DNA of 43,328 bases, taken from Chthoniobacteraceae bacterium. GTDB lineage: Bacteria > Verrucomicrobiota > Verrucomicrobiia > Chthoniobacterales > Chthoniobacteraceae. Shown in pieces: positions 1 through 8,527 of this stretch (positions are counted from its first letter, which is position 1; each line of letters begins with the position of its first letter). The notes below the pieces were generated by a model that searched no databases, had not been told where the DNA came from, and worked only from the letters and a program-made list of their open reading frames with translations. The DNA lies in assembly GCA_037190965.1 (NCBI GenBank), contig JBBCKI010000056.1, positions 1 to 43,328 on the forward strand, given 5' to 3'. The position numbers and the translations under genes are program-made.

Positions 1-135
1 GGGATCGATGAAGAGCCGCGTTTGACGCCCATCCCCGCAAGACAGGCTGCTGGGATTGGGATGAGGCTTCGTGAAGCACGGGAGCCGAACCCCGCGCTCG
101 ACGGCGCGAGCGGGCTACCGGTGCTACCGCACCAT
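1..135 (+). repeat. GTAG-REP doublet (REPIN-like) copy 1, 5'-truncated by window edge
   Basis: Shares the spacer (gaagagccgcgtttgacgcccatcccc) and terminal cccgcgctcgacggcgcgagcgggctacc with 8 other copies; cap ggtgctaccgcaccat at 120-135. Confidence 0.9.
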
Positions 136-172
136 GGTGATCCAGCATCGAACCTACATCTCTACTTCAAAA

Positions 173-760
173 CTAGGGCAGAGCGCTTTTGATCGGGATC
201 TGAACCGTGGCGGGAGCCTCTGCGGGCGGGGTGATGGGAATCGGGATCAATCTTGGGGATCCGCTGGCGGGCAACTCGTAAGCGCCGGTTTCAGCAAGGA
301 ATTGTTTGACCGGTTTCGGATCCCTCATGGTGCCATCGACCAGGAAGATCATCAGAACAAGCATCACGACCATGGTCGCGAGGCTGCGCGCTTTTTTCAG
401 TCCAAAGGCGACGATGTAAGGGAGGAGAAGCTGAAAGAGAGTGAGCGCGGAAAGATTCAGGAAGTAAAGCGGGGTGTAGGGGCTCTCTCCTCTCTTATCC
501 AGAAGAAAGGCCGAGGTGACGATGGCAAGCACCAGAAAGAGAAGGGCATGGTCGACGGCAACCTCATCGGGAGGCGCCTCATCGGGCTTTTTGGGACCGG
601 CAGGGCGCAAGGTCACATAGGCGGCAAAAGAACCTCCCAGCGCGAGGAGCGGCCACAGCGGGTAACCATGATCCCGAAAGTCGAACGCATAGCCGACCAA
701 CGCCTGGAGTGCGAATCTTACGCAGGCCAGGAGCAGGATCACTCTGAGGATAAGGTTCAC
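173..760 (-). CDS. Hypothetical multi-pass membrane protein (paralog B of tandem pair)
   Basis: Hydrophobic segments; shares GYPLWPLL, LRP and RGE..TP..FL...LT.FQLL.PY with 778-1317; GTG start at 760 chosen by aligning N-termini. Confidence 0.75.
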   Translation of the reverse strand: MNLILRVILLLACVRFALQALVGYAFDFRDHGYPLWPLLALGGSFAAYVTLRPAGPKKPDEAPPDEVAVDHALLFLVLAIVTSAFLLDKRGESPYTPLYFLNLSALTLFQLLLPYIVAFGLKKARSLATMVVMLVLMIFLVDGTMRDPKPVKQFLAETGAYELPASGSPRLIPIPITPPAEAPATVQIPIKSALP

Positions 761-777
761 GAGATTGGGGCGAACGG

Positions 778-1317
778 TTAAAGATGGGCCGTCGGCAGGG
801 TGCGTTGCGTGGTTTGCCGGGGGGGAGCGGGAAAAATTTCTTTGACGGGCGCAGGGGGACGGATGAGATCGGCCACACTGCAACAACCAAGATCCGAGCC
901 TTTCCAGAGGAGGCCGAGAAGAAGGAAGGCCGCAATCGCGGTGACCGATGCCTGCGCCCGCGCAAAGGGGCGGCCTGCGAGGTAGGGGACCAGCAGTTGA
1001 AAGAAGGTGAGCACCGCCATGTGAAGAAACCAAACCGGTGTCCAGGCTTGCTCTCCCCGACCATGGAGGACCACAGCGGATCCTGTCACTGCAAGCGCAA
1101 GGAAAAGAGTCGATTCGAGGCTTTGCCCATCGTAAACGACCGGCTTTGGCTGGGAATAGTCGGGGCGAAGCCGGGTGTAAGCCCAGAAACAGCCTGCGAG
1201 CCCGAGAAGCGGCCAGAGCGGGTAGCCCTGTTTAAACCGGCAGGCATAGGCGACGATGGCTTCGAGGGCCAGCCACACCATCGCCAGGAGCAGAGGAATG
1301 CGGAGGAAAAGTTTCAC
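778..1317 (-). CDS. Hypothetical multi-pass membrane protein (paralog A of tandem pair)
   Basis: C-terminal part of track ORF 778..2127; GTG start at 1317 after a purine-rich AGAAGAAGA (alternative ATG at 1350); clear paralog of 173-760. Confidence 0.75.
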   Translation of the reverse strand: MKLFLRIPLLLAMVWLALEAIVAYACRFKQGYPLWPLLGLAGCFWAYTRLRPDYSQPKPVVYDGQSLESTLFLALAVTGSAVVLHGRGEQAWTPVWFLHMAVLTFFQLLVPYLAGRPFARAQASVTAIAAFLLLGLLWKGSDLGCCSVADLIRPPAPVKEIFPAPPRQTTQRTLPTAHL

Positions 1318-1416
1318 AGCTCTTCTTCTAATTAGCAATTCCCAGGCCATCAGGAAAAAGACGCAGGCGGGAGGGCTCTGCATCGTCGGGCGAAGGGTGG
1401 TTGTTAGGCTGAAACG

Positions 1417-3222
1417 ATGGAGTCTTTTGCAGAAAGTCCGAAAATCCGGAAAAGTGTTGTCAAAAATAAGAATTCTCTCGTTTGCGAAACCGAGGGCGCA
1501 AAACAGGGAACCGATGCCGTGGTTTCCATCGCGAGCAGCGCCGCTCTCTGGTTTGCCACGTGTGGAAGGATTCTTACTAAGGACCAGCGATTGGTGCGGC
1601 CTGATCCGAATGTCTACCAGCTTCGCATTCTGGAGGCGTATGAATGGTGCATGACGCACGGGGTTCCGTGTCGCATCCTGGCGCTGAAGCCGAGGCAGAA
1701 AGGGAGTAGCACCGTTAGCGCGGCCATTGTTTACCATCATTGCCGCCGGTTTCGATCCCGCGCGGTTCAGATTGCGGATCGGTACAAGAACTCCGATAAC
1801 CTCTTTGCGATCACCGGCAGGTACGCCGAGAACGACGACTTCCCTTGGGGGACTCGTTGGCAGGCGACCGCGGCGACGGCGAGCCTGACGCAGAATGGAA
1901 AGCTCTGGAGCCGGCTCGACAAAGACACCGCGGAGAATCCGCGCGCCGGGCGTTCCGGAACCTTGCAGGTATTGCACGTTTCTGAAGCGGCCCATTTTCC
2001 CAACGATGGGGAGAAATGCGCGGAAAAGACCATGCTCTCGCTGCTCAATTCGCTGGCCGACGTGCCGCAGAGCGTCGCAATCGTGGAGACGACTGCCAAC
2101 GGTGCGGCGGGTTGGTTCTACGAGCATTGGCTCGGCGCGGCCGATTTTGAAAAATTTGCGGCGGGCGAGCGGGGCAACGGCTGGATTAGGATTTTCGCTC
2201 CGTGGTTCGCCTTCGAGGATGGCCGCGTCGCCTTGACGACCGAAGAGTCGGCGGCGGTGGAAATGAGCTTAAGCGGTCCCGAGCAGCAGGGGCGGACTCT
2301 TTACGGCTGGACTCCGGAGCAGATCGCATGGCGACGCTGGACTCTCGCGCAAAAATGCGGGGGCCGGGAGGATCTCTTCAATCAGGAGTATCCCGAAAGT
2401 GATCGCTCCGCCTTTTTGACCAGCGGCCGCCCCCGGTTTTCGATGCCCGGCATGACGCGGCTGCGCGCCACGGCACGGGTGCGACAGCCCCAGGCCGGGT
2501 TTCTACATCGGCGGGCCGGAGAGGAGATTGTCTTTGAGCCGCATGACGCGGGGTGGGCGCAGATCTGGGAGCCGCCACGGGAAGGAGGGCGTTACCTGCT
2601 CTGGTGCGACACCGCGACGGGGCGGGAGCAGACCCGCGAGAGTCGCAACCCCGACCGCCACTCGGTGCTCGTCTTGCGTGGGCCGTTTGCGGAACCCGAT
2701 GGCACGAACGGCAACGCGATGCTGGTGGCTCGTCTTCGCCCTCCGTGCTTTGACGACTGGCATGTGCTGGAGGAAAAAGTGGTCGCGCTCTGCCTCTACT
2801 TCGGGCGCTGCCTTGTGGGGGTGGAAGTTCCCATGGGGCTGACGTTGCTGGAAGGATTGAGACGGGCGGGGATGCCGCTCTTCAAGCGGCGTTCGGCCGC
2901 CGGAAGCGGGGAGGCGATGGAGCGTCTCGGGTTTCAGACCAACTCGGCGACCAAGCCGCTCGTGATTGCCTCGCTGAGCCGCGCCATCGATGGCGATCCG
3001 CCCCTCGATCTTTACGATCCTCACCTGATCGATGAACTGGGCAGCTTTGTGGTGCACGACGATGGCCGCGAGGCGGCCCTGCCCGGGCGGCACGACGATG
3101 ACGTCATGGCCCTCGCCATGGCGGTGCATCATCTTGGTAAGGCGACCTCCTTTCGTCCCGCCAGAGCCGCCCGGCTGACGAAACCGGCGGATTTGCACAA
3201 ATGGCGTCCGCTGCATCGATAG
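1417..3222 (+). CDS. terL: Phage-type terminase large subunit (ATPase plus RNase H-like nuclease)
   Basis: Walker A-like LKPRQKGSST, GRSGT, Walker B VLHVSEAAHF, coupling motif VETTANG, FNQEYP, nuclease LWCDTATG and C-terminal HDDDVMALAMA; 601 aa uninterrupted. Confidence 0.88.
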   Translation: MESFAESPKIRKSVVKNKNSLVCETEGAKQGTDAVVSIASSAALWFATCGRILTKDQRLVRPDPNVYQLRILEAYEWCMTHGVPCRILALKPRQKGSSTVSAAIVYHHCRRFRSRAVQIADRYKNSDNLFAITGRYAENDDFPWGTRWQATAATASLTQNGKLWSRLDKDTAENPRAGRSGTLQVLHVSEAAHFPNDGEKCAEKTMLSLLNSLADVPQSVAIVETTANGAAGWFYEHWLGAADFEKFAAGERGNGWIRIFAPWFAFEDGRVALTTEESAAVEMSLSGPEQQGRTLYGWTPEQIAWRRWTLAQKCGGREDLFNQEYPESDRSAFLTSGRPRFSMPGMTRLRATARVRQPQAGFLHRRAGEEIVFEPHDAGWAQIWEPPREGGRYLLWCDTATGREQTRESRNPDRHSVLVLRGPFAEPDGTNGNAMLVARLRPPCFDDWHVLEEKVVALCLYFGRCLVGVEVPMGLTLLEGLRRAGMPLFKRRSAAGSGEAMERLGFQTNSATKPLVIASLSRAIDGDPPLDLYDPHLIDELGSFVVHDDGREAALPGRHDDDVMALAMAVHHLGKATSFRPARAARLTKPADLHKWRPLHR

Positions 3223-3231
3223 CCCAGTCCG

Positions 3232-3519
3232 CTAATGGCTCGAAACCTTCCTGATGCGTTTTGCCAACTGGCGGCGGGCTTCCTCGGAAAGCCGTGGCGT
3301 GTAGGTGACGGAATAGTGAATGGAACTGCGATTGGGCGAGGATGGCTGCGGCAAGGTCTCTGCAAAGGAAGCGCGGACATTCTTGGATTCACCGACCTCG
3401 ATGACGTCCCATTGGGAGCCCGTCTGCCGCCAGATGACCCAAATGCCTTTGCGCTGCTTTAAGATGCTTGTATCCGGCCACGGTCCGTCGAACTCGCAGC
3501 CCCATCGTTTGAAAGCCAT
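3232..3519 (-). CDS. Small GIY-YIG-like protein, apparently degenerate
   Basis: KGIWVIW...VIEVGESKNVR resembles the GVY...Y(V/I)GES pattern of small GIY-YIG proteins; ATG 3519 preferred over 3567. Confidence 0.55.
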   Translation of the reverse strand: MAFKRWGCEFDGPWPDTSILKQRKGIWVIWRQTGSQWDVIEVGESKNVRASFAETLPQPSSPNRSSIHYSVTYTPRLSEEARRQLAKRIRKVSSH

Positions 3520-3724
3520 CCGTGTAAGTTCCAGAGGAATTTGGTTGTGGTTTCGGAAGACCGCCACTCAGCAGCCCCTCTGCCTGACGAAAGATAATAA
3601 TATTTTAACCGATTTGAACATGGGGGGAAATACGTACGTCCTGGAATGGGAGAGCCTGATCAGAAAGTCGTGCACTCGCGCACGGGAGTTGCTAGAAATC
3701 TCCCGCTTATTTTCACCTTATCCT

Positions 3725-4804
3725 ATGGCCCGCATTGACACGTTCTTCCGGTTCATGCTTGAGCAGAAGGCATCCGACCTTCACCTCTCTTCCGGCAACC
3801 AACCCATCCTCCGTATCAACGGCGACCTGGTGAGGGTGGATTCGCCACTGCTTGATAACGACGATCTCAAGGCGCTTGTTTACGAGATCGCCCCGGAGAT
3901 CAAGATCAAGCAGTTCGAGGAAACCGGCGATGTCGATTTCGGGTACGAATACCCGGGGGTCGCCCGCTTCCGTGCAAACTTTTTCAACCAGAAGTACGGC
4001 ATTGCGGCGGTGTTCCGTCTGATTCCGAGCAAGGTGTTCACCATGGAAGACCTCGGGCTTCCTCCCGTGCTCAAGAAATTTGCCTCGCTTAAAAAGGGGA
4101 TGGTGCTCGTCACCGGGCCAACCGGCTCGGGTAAATCGACCACCCTGGCGGCGATGGTCGATTACGCCAACCTGCACCGCAAGGATCACATCCTCACGGT
4201 GGAAGACCCGATCGAGTTCGTTCACCGCTCCCAGAACTCACTGGTCAACCACCGCGAAGTCGGCGTTCACACCAAGTCGTTTGCCGCCGCGTTGAGGGGA
4301 GCGCTGCGTGAAGACCCGGACATCATTCTCGTGGGTGAAATGCGCGACATCGAAACCATCGAGCTGGCGTTGACCGCCGCCGCCACCGGTCACCTTGTGT
4401 TCGGCACGCTGCACACCTCCAGCGCTCCGAAGACGATCGACCGTATTATCGACGTCTTTCCCACCAACCAGCAGAACCAGGTGCGCGCCACGCTTTCGGA
4501 ATCGCTCAAAGGCGTCATTGCGCAGAACCTGTTCAAGCGTATCGACAAGCCCGGGCGCGTCGCGGGCCTGGAGATCCTCGTGGTCGACAGCCCCATTGCC
4601 AACCTGATCCGCGAGGCCAAGACGCACCAGATCCCCGGGATGATGCAGGTTGGCAAAAAGAAGGGCAACCAGCCGCTGGATGACGCCATCATGGATCACC
4701 TGCGCGCCGCCCGTATTTCGCCGGAAGAGGCCTATGAAAAGGCGATCGACAAGAAGAAGTTCCGCGCCCTGCTTCAGAACCCGCCGGACGACTGGGACGA
4801 ATAG
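3725..4804 (+). CDS. pilT: Type IV pilus retraction ATPase PilT
   Basis: ASDLHL, GPTGSGKSTT, TVEDPIEF, ALREDPDIILVGEMRD, TGHLVFGTLH; start MARID at 3725. Confidence 0.95.
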   Translation: MARIDTFFRFMLEQKASDLHLSSGNQPILRINGDLVRVDSPLLDNDDLKALVYEIAPEIKIKQFEETGDVDFGYEYPGVARFRANFFNQKYGIAAVFRLIPSKVFTMEDLGLPPVLKKFASLKKGMVLVTGPTGSGKSTTLAAMVDYANLHRKDHILTVEDPIEFVHRSQNSLVNHREVGVHTKSFAAALRGALREDPDIILVGEMRDIETIELALTAAATGHLVFGTLHTSSAPKTIDRIIDVFPTNQQNQVRATLSESLKGVIAQNLFKRIDKPGRVAGLEILVVDSPIANLIREAKTHQIPGMMQVGKKKGNQPLDDAIMDHLRAARISPEEAYEKAIDKKKFRALLQNPPDDWDE

Positions 4805-4831
4805 CATCCTTTCCTCAACCTCCCCGATCTC

Positions 4832-6037
4832 ATGAGAAGACCCGAACTTGACGCGATTCTCGGCGGAATGATCGACTCCCACGATGGGATCTCCGATCTC
4901 GTTTTTGCCGTGGGCCGCCCTTTGCAGGTGGAAGCCCAGGGGGTGCTCCGCCCCGTCCGCACGCAACCTAACATTCCCTCGCTCACCGCTTACCAGATCG
5001 AGAAGATCGCGCTCGTGCTGTTGGGGGAGGATCGCCGCCTCATCGGCGAGCTCCTTCGCACCGGTTCGTGCGATTGCGGCTACGGCCTGAGCGATCAGGT
5101 CCGCTTCCGCGTCAATATCTTCCGGCAGCGAGGCAACTGGGCCATCGTCATGCGGCGCTTGCAGACCGAGATGCCGACGCTGTCGAGCTTGAATCTGCCG
5201 ACGATTTTCGAGGATCTCGTCAACCAGAAGAACGGGCTCATCCTCGTCACCGGAGCCACCGGCAGCGGCAAGACGACTACGCTCGCCGCCGTGCTCAATG
5301 AGCTCAATCTCACCAAGGCCGTCCACGTCGTGACGCTGGAAGACCCGATCGAGTTCATCCACAAGCACAAGAAGGCCACCTTCAACCAACGCGAACTGGG
5401 CTCAGATTTCGACTCGTACCCGAGCGGCCTGCGCGCCGCGCTGCGGCAGGCCCCCAAAGTCATTCTCGTGGGGGAAATGCGTGACCGTGAAACCGTGGAG
5501 ATCGCGCTGACGGCCGCCGAGACCGGCCACCTTGTCTTGAGCACCATTCACACCATCGACGCCGGGCAGTCGATCAACCGCATCATCGGCATGTTTCCGC
5601 GCGACGCGGAGAAGCAGCTCCGGCCCCGGCTGGCGGAAACGCTCCGCTACGTCGTCAGCCAGCGCCTCGCGCCCCGGGAAGGGGGAGGGCGCACGTTGTT
5701 GCTTGAGATGATGGGGAGCAACCTTCGGACCCGGGAGGCCATCACGCTGGGTGAAGGTGAAAACCGCGACTTTTACGACATCATCTCCGACAGCGCCTCC
5801 TTCGGCTGGACGACCTTCGACCAGTCGATAACCCGCGCTTACGACATGGGCCTGATCAGCGAGGAGACCGCGCTCCTCTACAGCACCCGCAAGGGGATCG
5901 TCCAGCGGAACATCGACACGATCAAGAAACAGCGCGGTCTCGGGATCGAGATGAGCAGCGGGTTGCGGCTCGACGGCGCCCCCGCCCCGGCTTCCGATTC
6001 ACCCGCCCCAACCAAACGCGGCCTCTTCGGATTTTAG
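4832..6037 (+). CDS. Second PilT/PilU-family ATPase
   Basis: GATGSGKTTT, TLEDPIEF, ALRQAPKVILVGEMRD, ETGHLVLSTIH. Confidence 0.92.
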   Translation: MRRPELDAILGGMIDSHDGISDLVFAVGRPLQVEAQGVLRPVRTQPNIPSLTAYQIEKIALVLLGEDRRLIGELLRTGSCDCGYGLSDQVRFRVNIFRQRGNWAIVMRRLQTEMPTLSSLNLPTIFEDLVNQKNGLILVTGATGSGKTTTLAAVLNELNLTKAVHVVTLEDPIEFIHKHKKATFNQRELGSDFDSYPSGLRAALRQAPKVILVGEMRDRETVEIALTAAETGHLVLSTIHTIDAGQSINRIIGMFPRDAEKQLRPRLAETLRYVVSQRLAPREGGGRTLLLEMMGSNLRTREAITLGEGENRDFYDIISDSASFGWTTFDQSITRAYDMGLISEETALLYSTRKGIVQRNIDTIKKQRGLGIEMSSGLRLDGAPAPASDSPAPTKRGLFGF

Positions 6038-6039
6038 GT

Positions 6040-6516
6040 ATGAGCACTCTTCAGACCCGCAACGATTCCTTTGAGCATGGCGATCTCGCCGCGCTGCTCT
6101 GTGTCGATGACCCGGAATTGCAAAGCCTGGTCATTGACCAGCTTTCCCAACTGGGGTTCGCCTTCCATACCGCCCTTTTTCCCGAGGAGGTTGCCGTCCG
6201 GCTCCGGGCGCGGACTTACGATTTGGTGGTGGTGTCCGAGAATTTCGCCGGATCGGCGGACGCCGAAGCCAACCCCGTCTTGCATGAGCTGGCCCAGTTG
6301 CCGCTGGATCAACGCCGCGTTTCGTATGTGATCCTCATCGGGCCCACGATGGAGAGCCGATCCGACATGCAGGCGTTTGTCCACAATGTCGATCTTACCT
6401 TGCGGCTGGATGAAGCGCCCAATCTGAAGGCGGTTGCGGGACGCGGAATTGTCCGGCAGGAGGAGTTTTATTCCGCGTTTAAAGGGGTGTCGCAGGCCCT
6501 TCGGTCTGGCGGGTAA
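6040..6516 (+). CDS. Receiver-domain-like hypothetical protein in pilT operon
   Basis: LLCVDDP...YDLVVVSEN resembles a CheY-like fold; starts 2 nt after the preceding stop. Confidence 0.6.
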   Translation: MSTLQTRNDSFEHGDLAALLCVDDPELQSLVIDQLSQLGFAFHTALFPEEVAVRLRARTYDLVVVSENFAGSADAEANPVLHELAQLPLDQRRVSYVILIGPTMESRSDMQAFVHNVDLTLRLDEAPNLKAVAGRGIVRQEEFYSAFKGVSQALRSGG

Positions 6517-6576
6517 TCTCCCGTAAACGCTTCGATGGCGTGGGTTGCGGAAATTTTTCGTAGCCGCGCTAAAGCA

Positions 6577-6604
6577 TTGATTTTCGGGCCGCGCTCTCTA
6601 GAGT
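6577..6604 (+). promoter_or_regulatory. Candidate sigma70-like promoter just upstream of the GNAT start
   Basis: TTGATT-16nt-TAGAGT, ending 8 nt before ATG 6613. Confidence 0.35.
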
Positions 6605-6612
6605 CTGCCGCC

Positions 6613-7164
6613 ATGAAATGGACCCGCTGGACGCGTTTCGCCTGGGATCTGACGAGGCTTGCCCCCGCCTATCCCGCCGTCGATTCGCGTTATCAAATAC
6701 GACAAGTCACCGCCGAAGACGAGAAGGCGGTCCGGACGGTCGTGCTCAGCGCGTTCACGCTCGATTCCAATTGGGCCTTCATGATGAACGTGCTTCGGGC
6801 CCAGCTTGAGGCAGCGCTCGATAGCCTTTTCGACGAAAAACGGAGCAACGACGCCGATGGGCCACGCCCCACCGGGCTCGTTGTGACGCACGGCTCCCGG
6901 ATCATCGGCGTCTCGGTATTGACCACCCGCCGCGATGCGGAAAATCACTTGCTGACGGGCCCGTGCATCCTGATGGAGTATCACAACCGTGGCTTGGCGA
7001 CCGCGCTTCTCGCCCAGTCGCTCCTCGTATTGAGGGATGCCGGCATCAAGACCGCCTATGGGATGACGGTGCAGAACGCTCCGACGGGGCAGTTCGTCTA
7101 CTCCAAGTTCGATTCGACGAGCGCCCTCTACCCGCAATCCGCCCCCGATCTCGTCGCGAGTTAG
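6613..7164 (+). CDS. GNAT-family N-acetyltransferase
   Basis: Motif A-like ILMEYHNRGLATALL; start MKWTRW at 6613. Confidence 0.75.
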   Translation: MKWTRWTRFAWDLTRLAPAYPAVDSRYQIRQVTAEDEKAVRTVVLSAFTLDSNWAFMMNVLRAQLEAALDSLFDEKRSNDADGPRPTGLVVTHGSRIIGVSVLTTRRDAENHLLTGPCILMEYHNRGLATALLAQSLLVLRDAGIKTAYGMTVQNAPTGQFVYSKFDSTSALYPQSAPDLVAS

Positions 7165-7165
7165 A

Positions 7166-7327
7166 ATGGTGCGGCAGCACCGGTAGCCCGCTCGCGCCGC
7201 GAGCGCGGGATGGGTGAAGAGTCGCGTTTGATGCCCATCCCCGCAGGGAGGGCTGTTATTGTTGGGATGCAGCCCTCGTGAAGCCAAGAGCGTCGATACC
7301 CGCGCTCGACGGCGCGAGCGGGCTACC
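7166..7327 (+). repeat. REPIN-like copy 2 (cap on the opposite end from other copies)
   Basis: Cap atggtgcggcagcacc 7166-7181; core ggtagcccgctcg...cgagcgggctacc 7182-7327; fills a convergent intergenic gap. Confidence 0.95.
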
Positions 7328-7332
7328 GCTCT

Positions 7333-8454
7333 TTAAAACGCTCCTTGCGGCGGTACGAGGAACTGCCAGTACCAATTGAGAATCGCCGGGCCGGCGAAGA
7401 TCCACACCAGCGCCCCGAGCGCGAGATACGGCCCGAAGGGGATACGGCCCGAAGCCTCGCGCCTGCCGGTGAGCATGAGCGCCACTCCCACAAGGGAGCC
7501 GAACACCGAGGCGGCCACCACGGTAAAGAGAACGGCCTTCCAGCCGAGAAACGCCCCGATGCAGGCGATGAATTTCACATCGCCAAAGCCCATTGCCTCG
7601 CGCGGGATGACGATCTTGGCCACCTTGCCGGTGATCTTGCCGAGGGTTTCCAGCATCACGTCGCCTTCCGGAAGCGCCAGCCGGTTGTAGAAAAACCGGA
7701 GCGTGTCCTGCCCGGCCGGTTTTTCGTCGAGCCGCACTTCCTTGGCCTCCATGATCATGAGGTCCTTCTCCCGGGAGAAAATATCGCTCCACATGAGTTT
7801 GTCATCGCCCACGGCGAACTCCGCGTCATCATCCTTGCGCGTCCAGACGAACTCGGCGGGTGGGTCGAAGGTTTGCTTTGTCTTTCCGAAAGCCAGTTTC
7901 CCCATTTCAACCACGCCCCAGAGCAGTCCGTACCCGAGTGCCGCCCCCGCGAGCGAGAGGAGGAGGCTCATCCAATGAGAGTCCACCCCCATCAAGGACG
8001 GAATCGCGAGGCTGAAGACGACGCCCGCCGCAGTCCCGCCGAGAGTAATCTCATCGGGGATGATGAAGTGATCGAAATCGATAAACGTCGCCGAGATCAG
8101 GAGGCCCGTCAGCACCCAGAGCGGCAGGACCAGTGCCAGCGCGTCCCCTCGTTCGCAGAGATTCCAGACGGCCAGAAAAAGGCAGGCCGTCAGCAGTTCC
8201 ACCCCGAAGTAGCGGAACGGAATCTTCTCTTTGCAGCGTGCACATTTTGCCCGCAGCACCAGCCAGGAGATCAGCGGGATGTTCTGGTAAAATGGGATCT
8301 GCGTTTTGCAATGCGGGCAGAACGACCGGCGCGGTTTGTTGACGCTCAGGTTGAGCGGCAGCCGGTAGATGACGACGTTGAGGAACGAGCCGACCATGGA
8401 GCCGATGACGAAGGCCACGATTTGAAAGAGCGTGAGGGAGAACTCAGGAGTCAC
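7333..8454 (-). CDS. pilD: Prepilin peptidase (A24) PilD
   Basis: GSFLNVVIYRLP, two CxxC (CPHC, CARC), IDFDHFIIPD, AMGFGDVKF, IPFGPYL; GTG start at 8454. Confidence 0.93.
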   Translation of the reverse strand: MTPEFSLTLFQIVAFVIGSMVGSFLNVVIYRLPLNLSVNKPRRSFCPHCKTQIPFYQNIPLISWLVLRAKCARCKEKIPFRYFGVELLTACLFLAVWNLCERGDALALVLPLWVLTGLLISATFIDFDHFIIPDEITLGGTAAGVVFSLAIPSLMGVDSHWMSLLLSLAGAALGYGLLWGVVEMGKLAFGKTKQTFDPPAEFVWTRKDDDAEFAVGDDKLMWSDIFSREKDLMIMEAKEVRLDEKPAGQDTLRFFYNRLALPEGDVMLETLGKITGKVAKIVIPREAMGFGDVKFIACIGAFLGWKAVLFTVVAASVFGSLVGVALMLTGRREASGRIPFGPYLALGALVWIFAGPAILNWYWQFLVPPQGAF

Positions 8455-8527
8455 GTCCGCGATAAACGCCCGGCTCGCGGCGCAAGTCAACGGCAAGATG
8501 CGCGAAATGGGGGAAACTTGGGCGGAA

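Noticed and set aside
778..2127. 449-aa minus-strand ORF as one protein
   Set aside because: N-terminal part is the antisense shadow of terL; only 778-1317 looks like a real protein and it matches its paralog
173..3567. Prophage
   Set aside because: Only terL is phage-like; no structural, lysis or integrase genes or att sites seen, and neighbours are on the opposite strand
3320..3724. N-terminal extension of PilT
   Set aside because: Overlaps the opposite-strand ORF and AT-rich promoter-like DNA; PilT similarity begins at 3725
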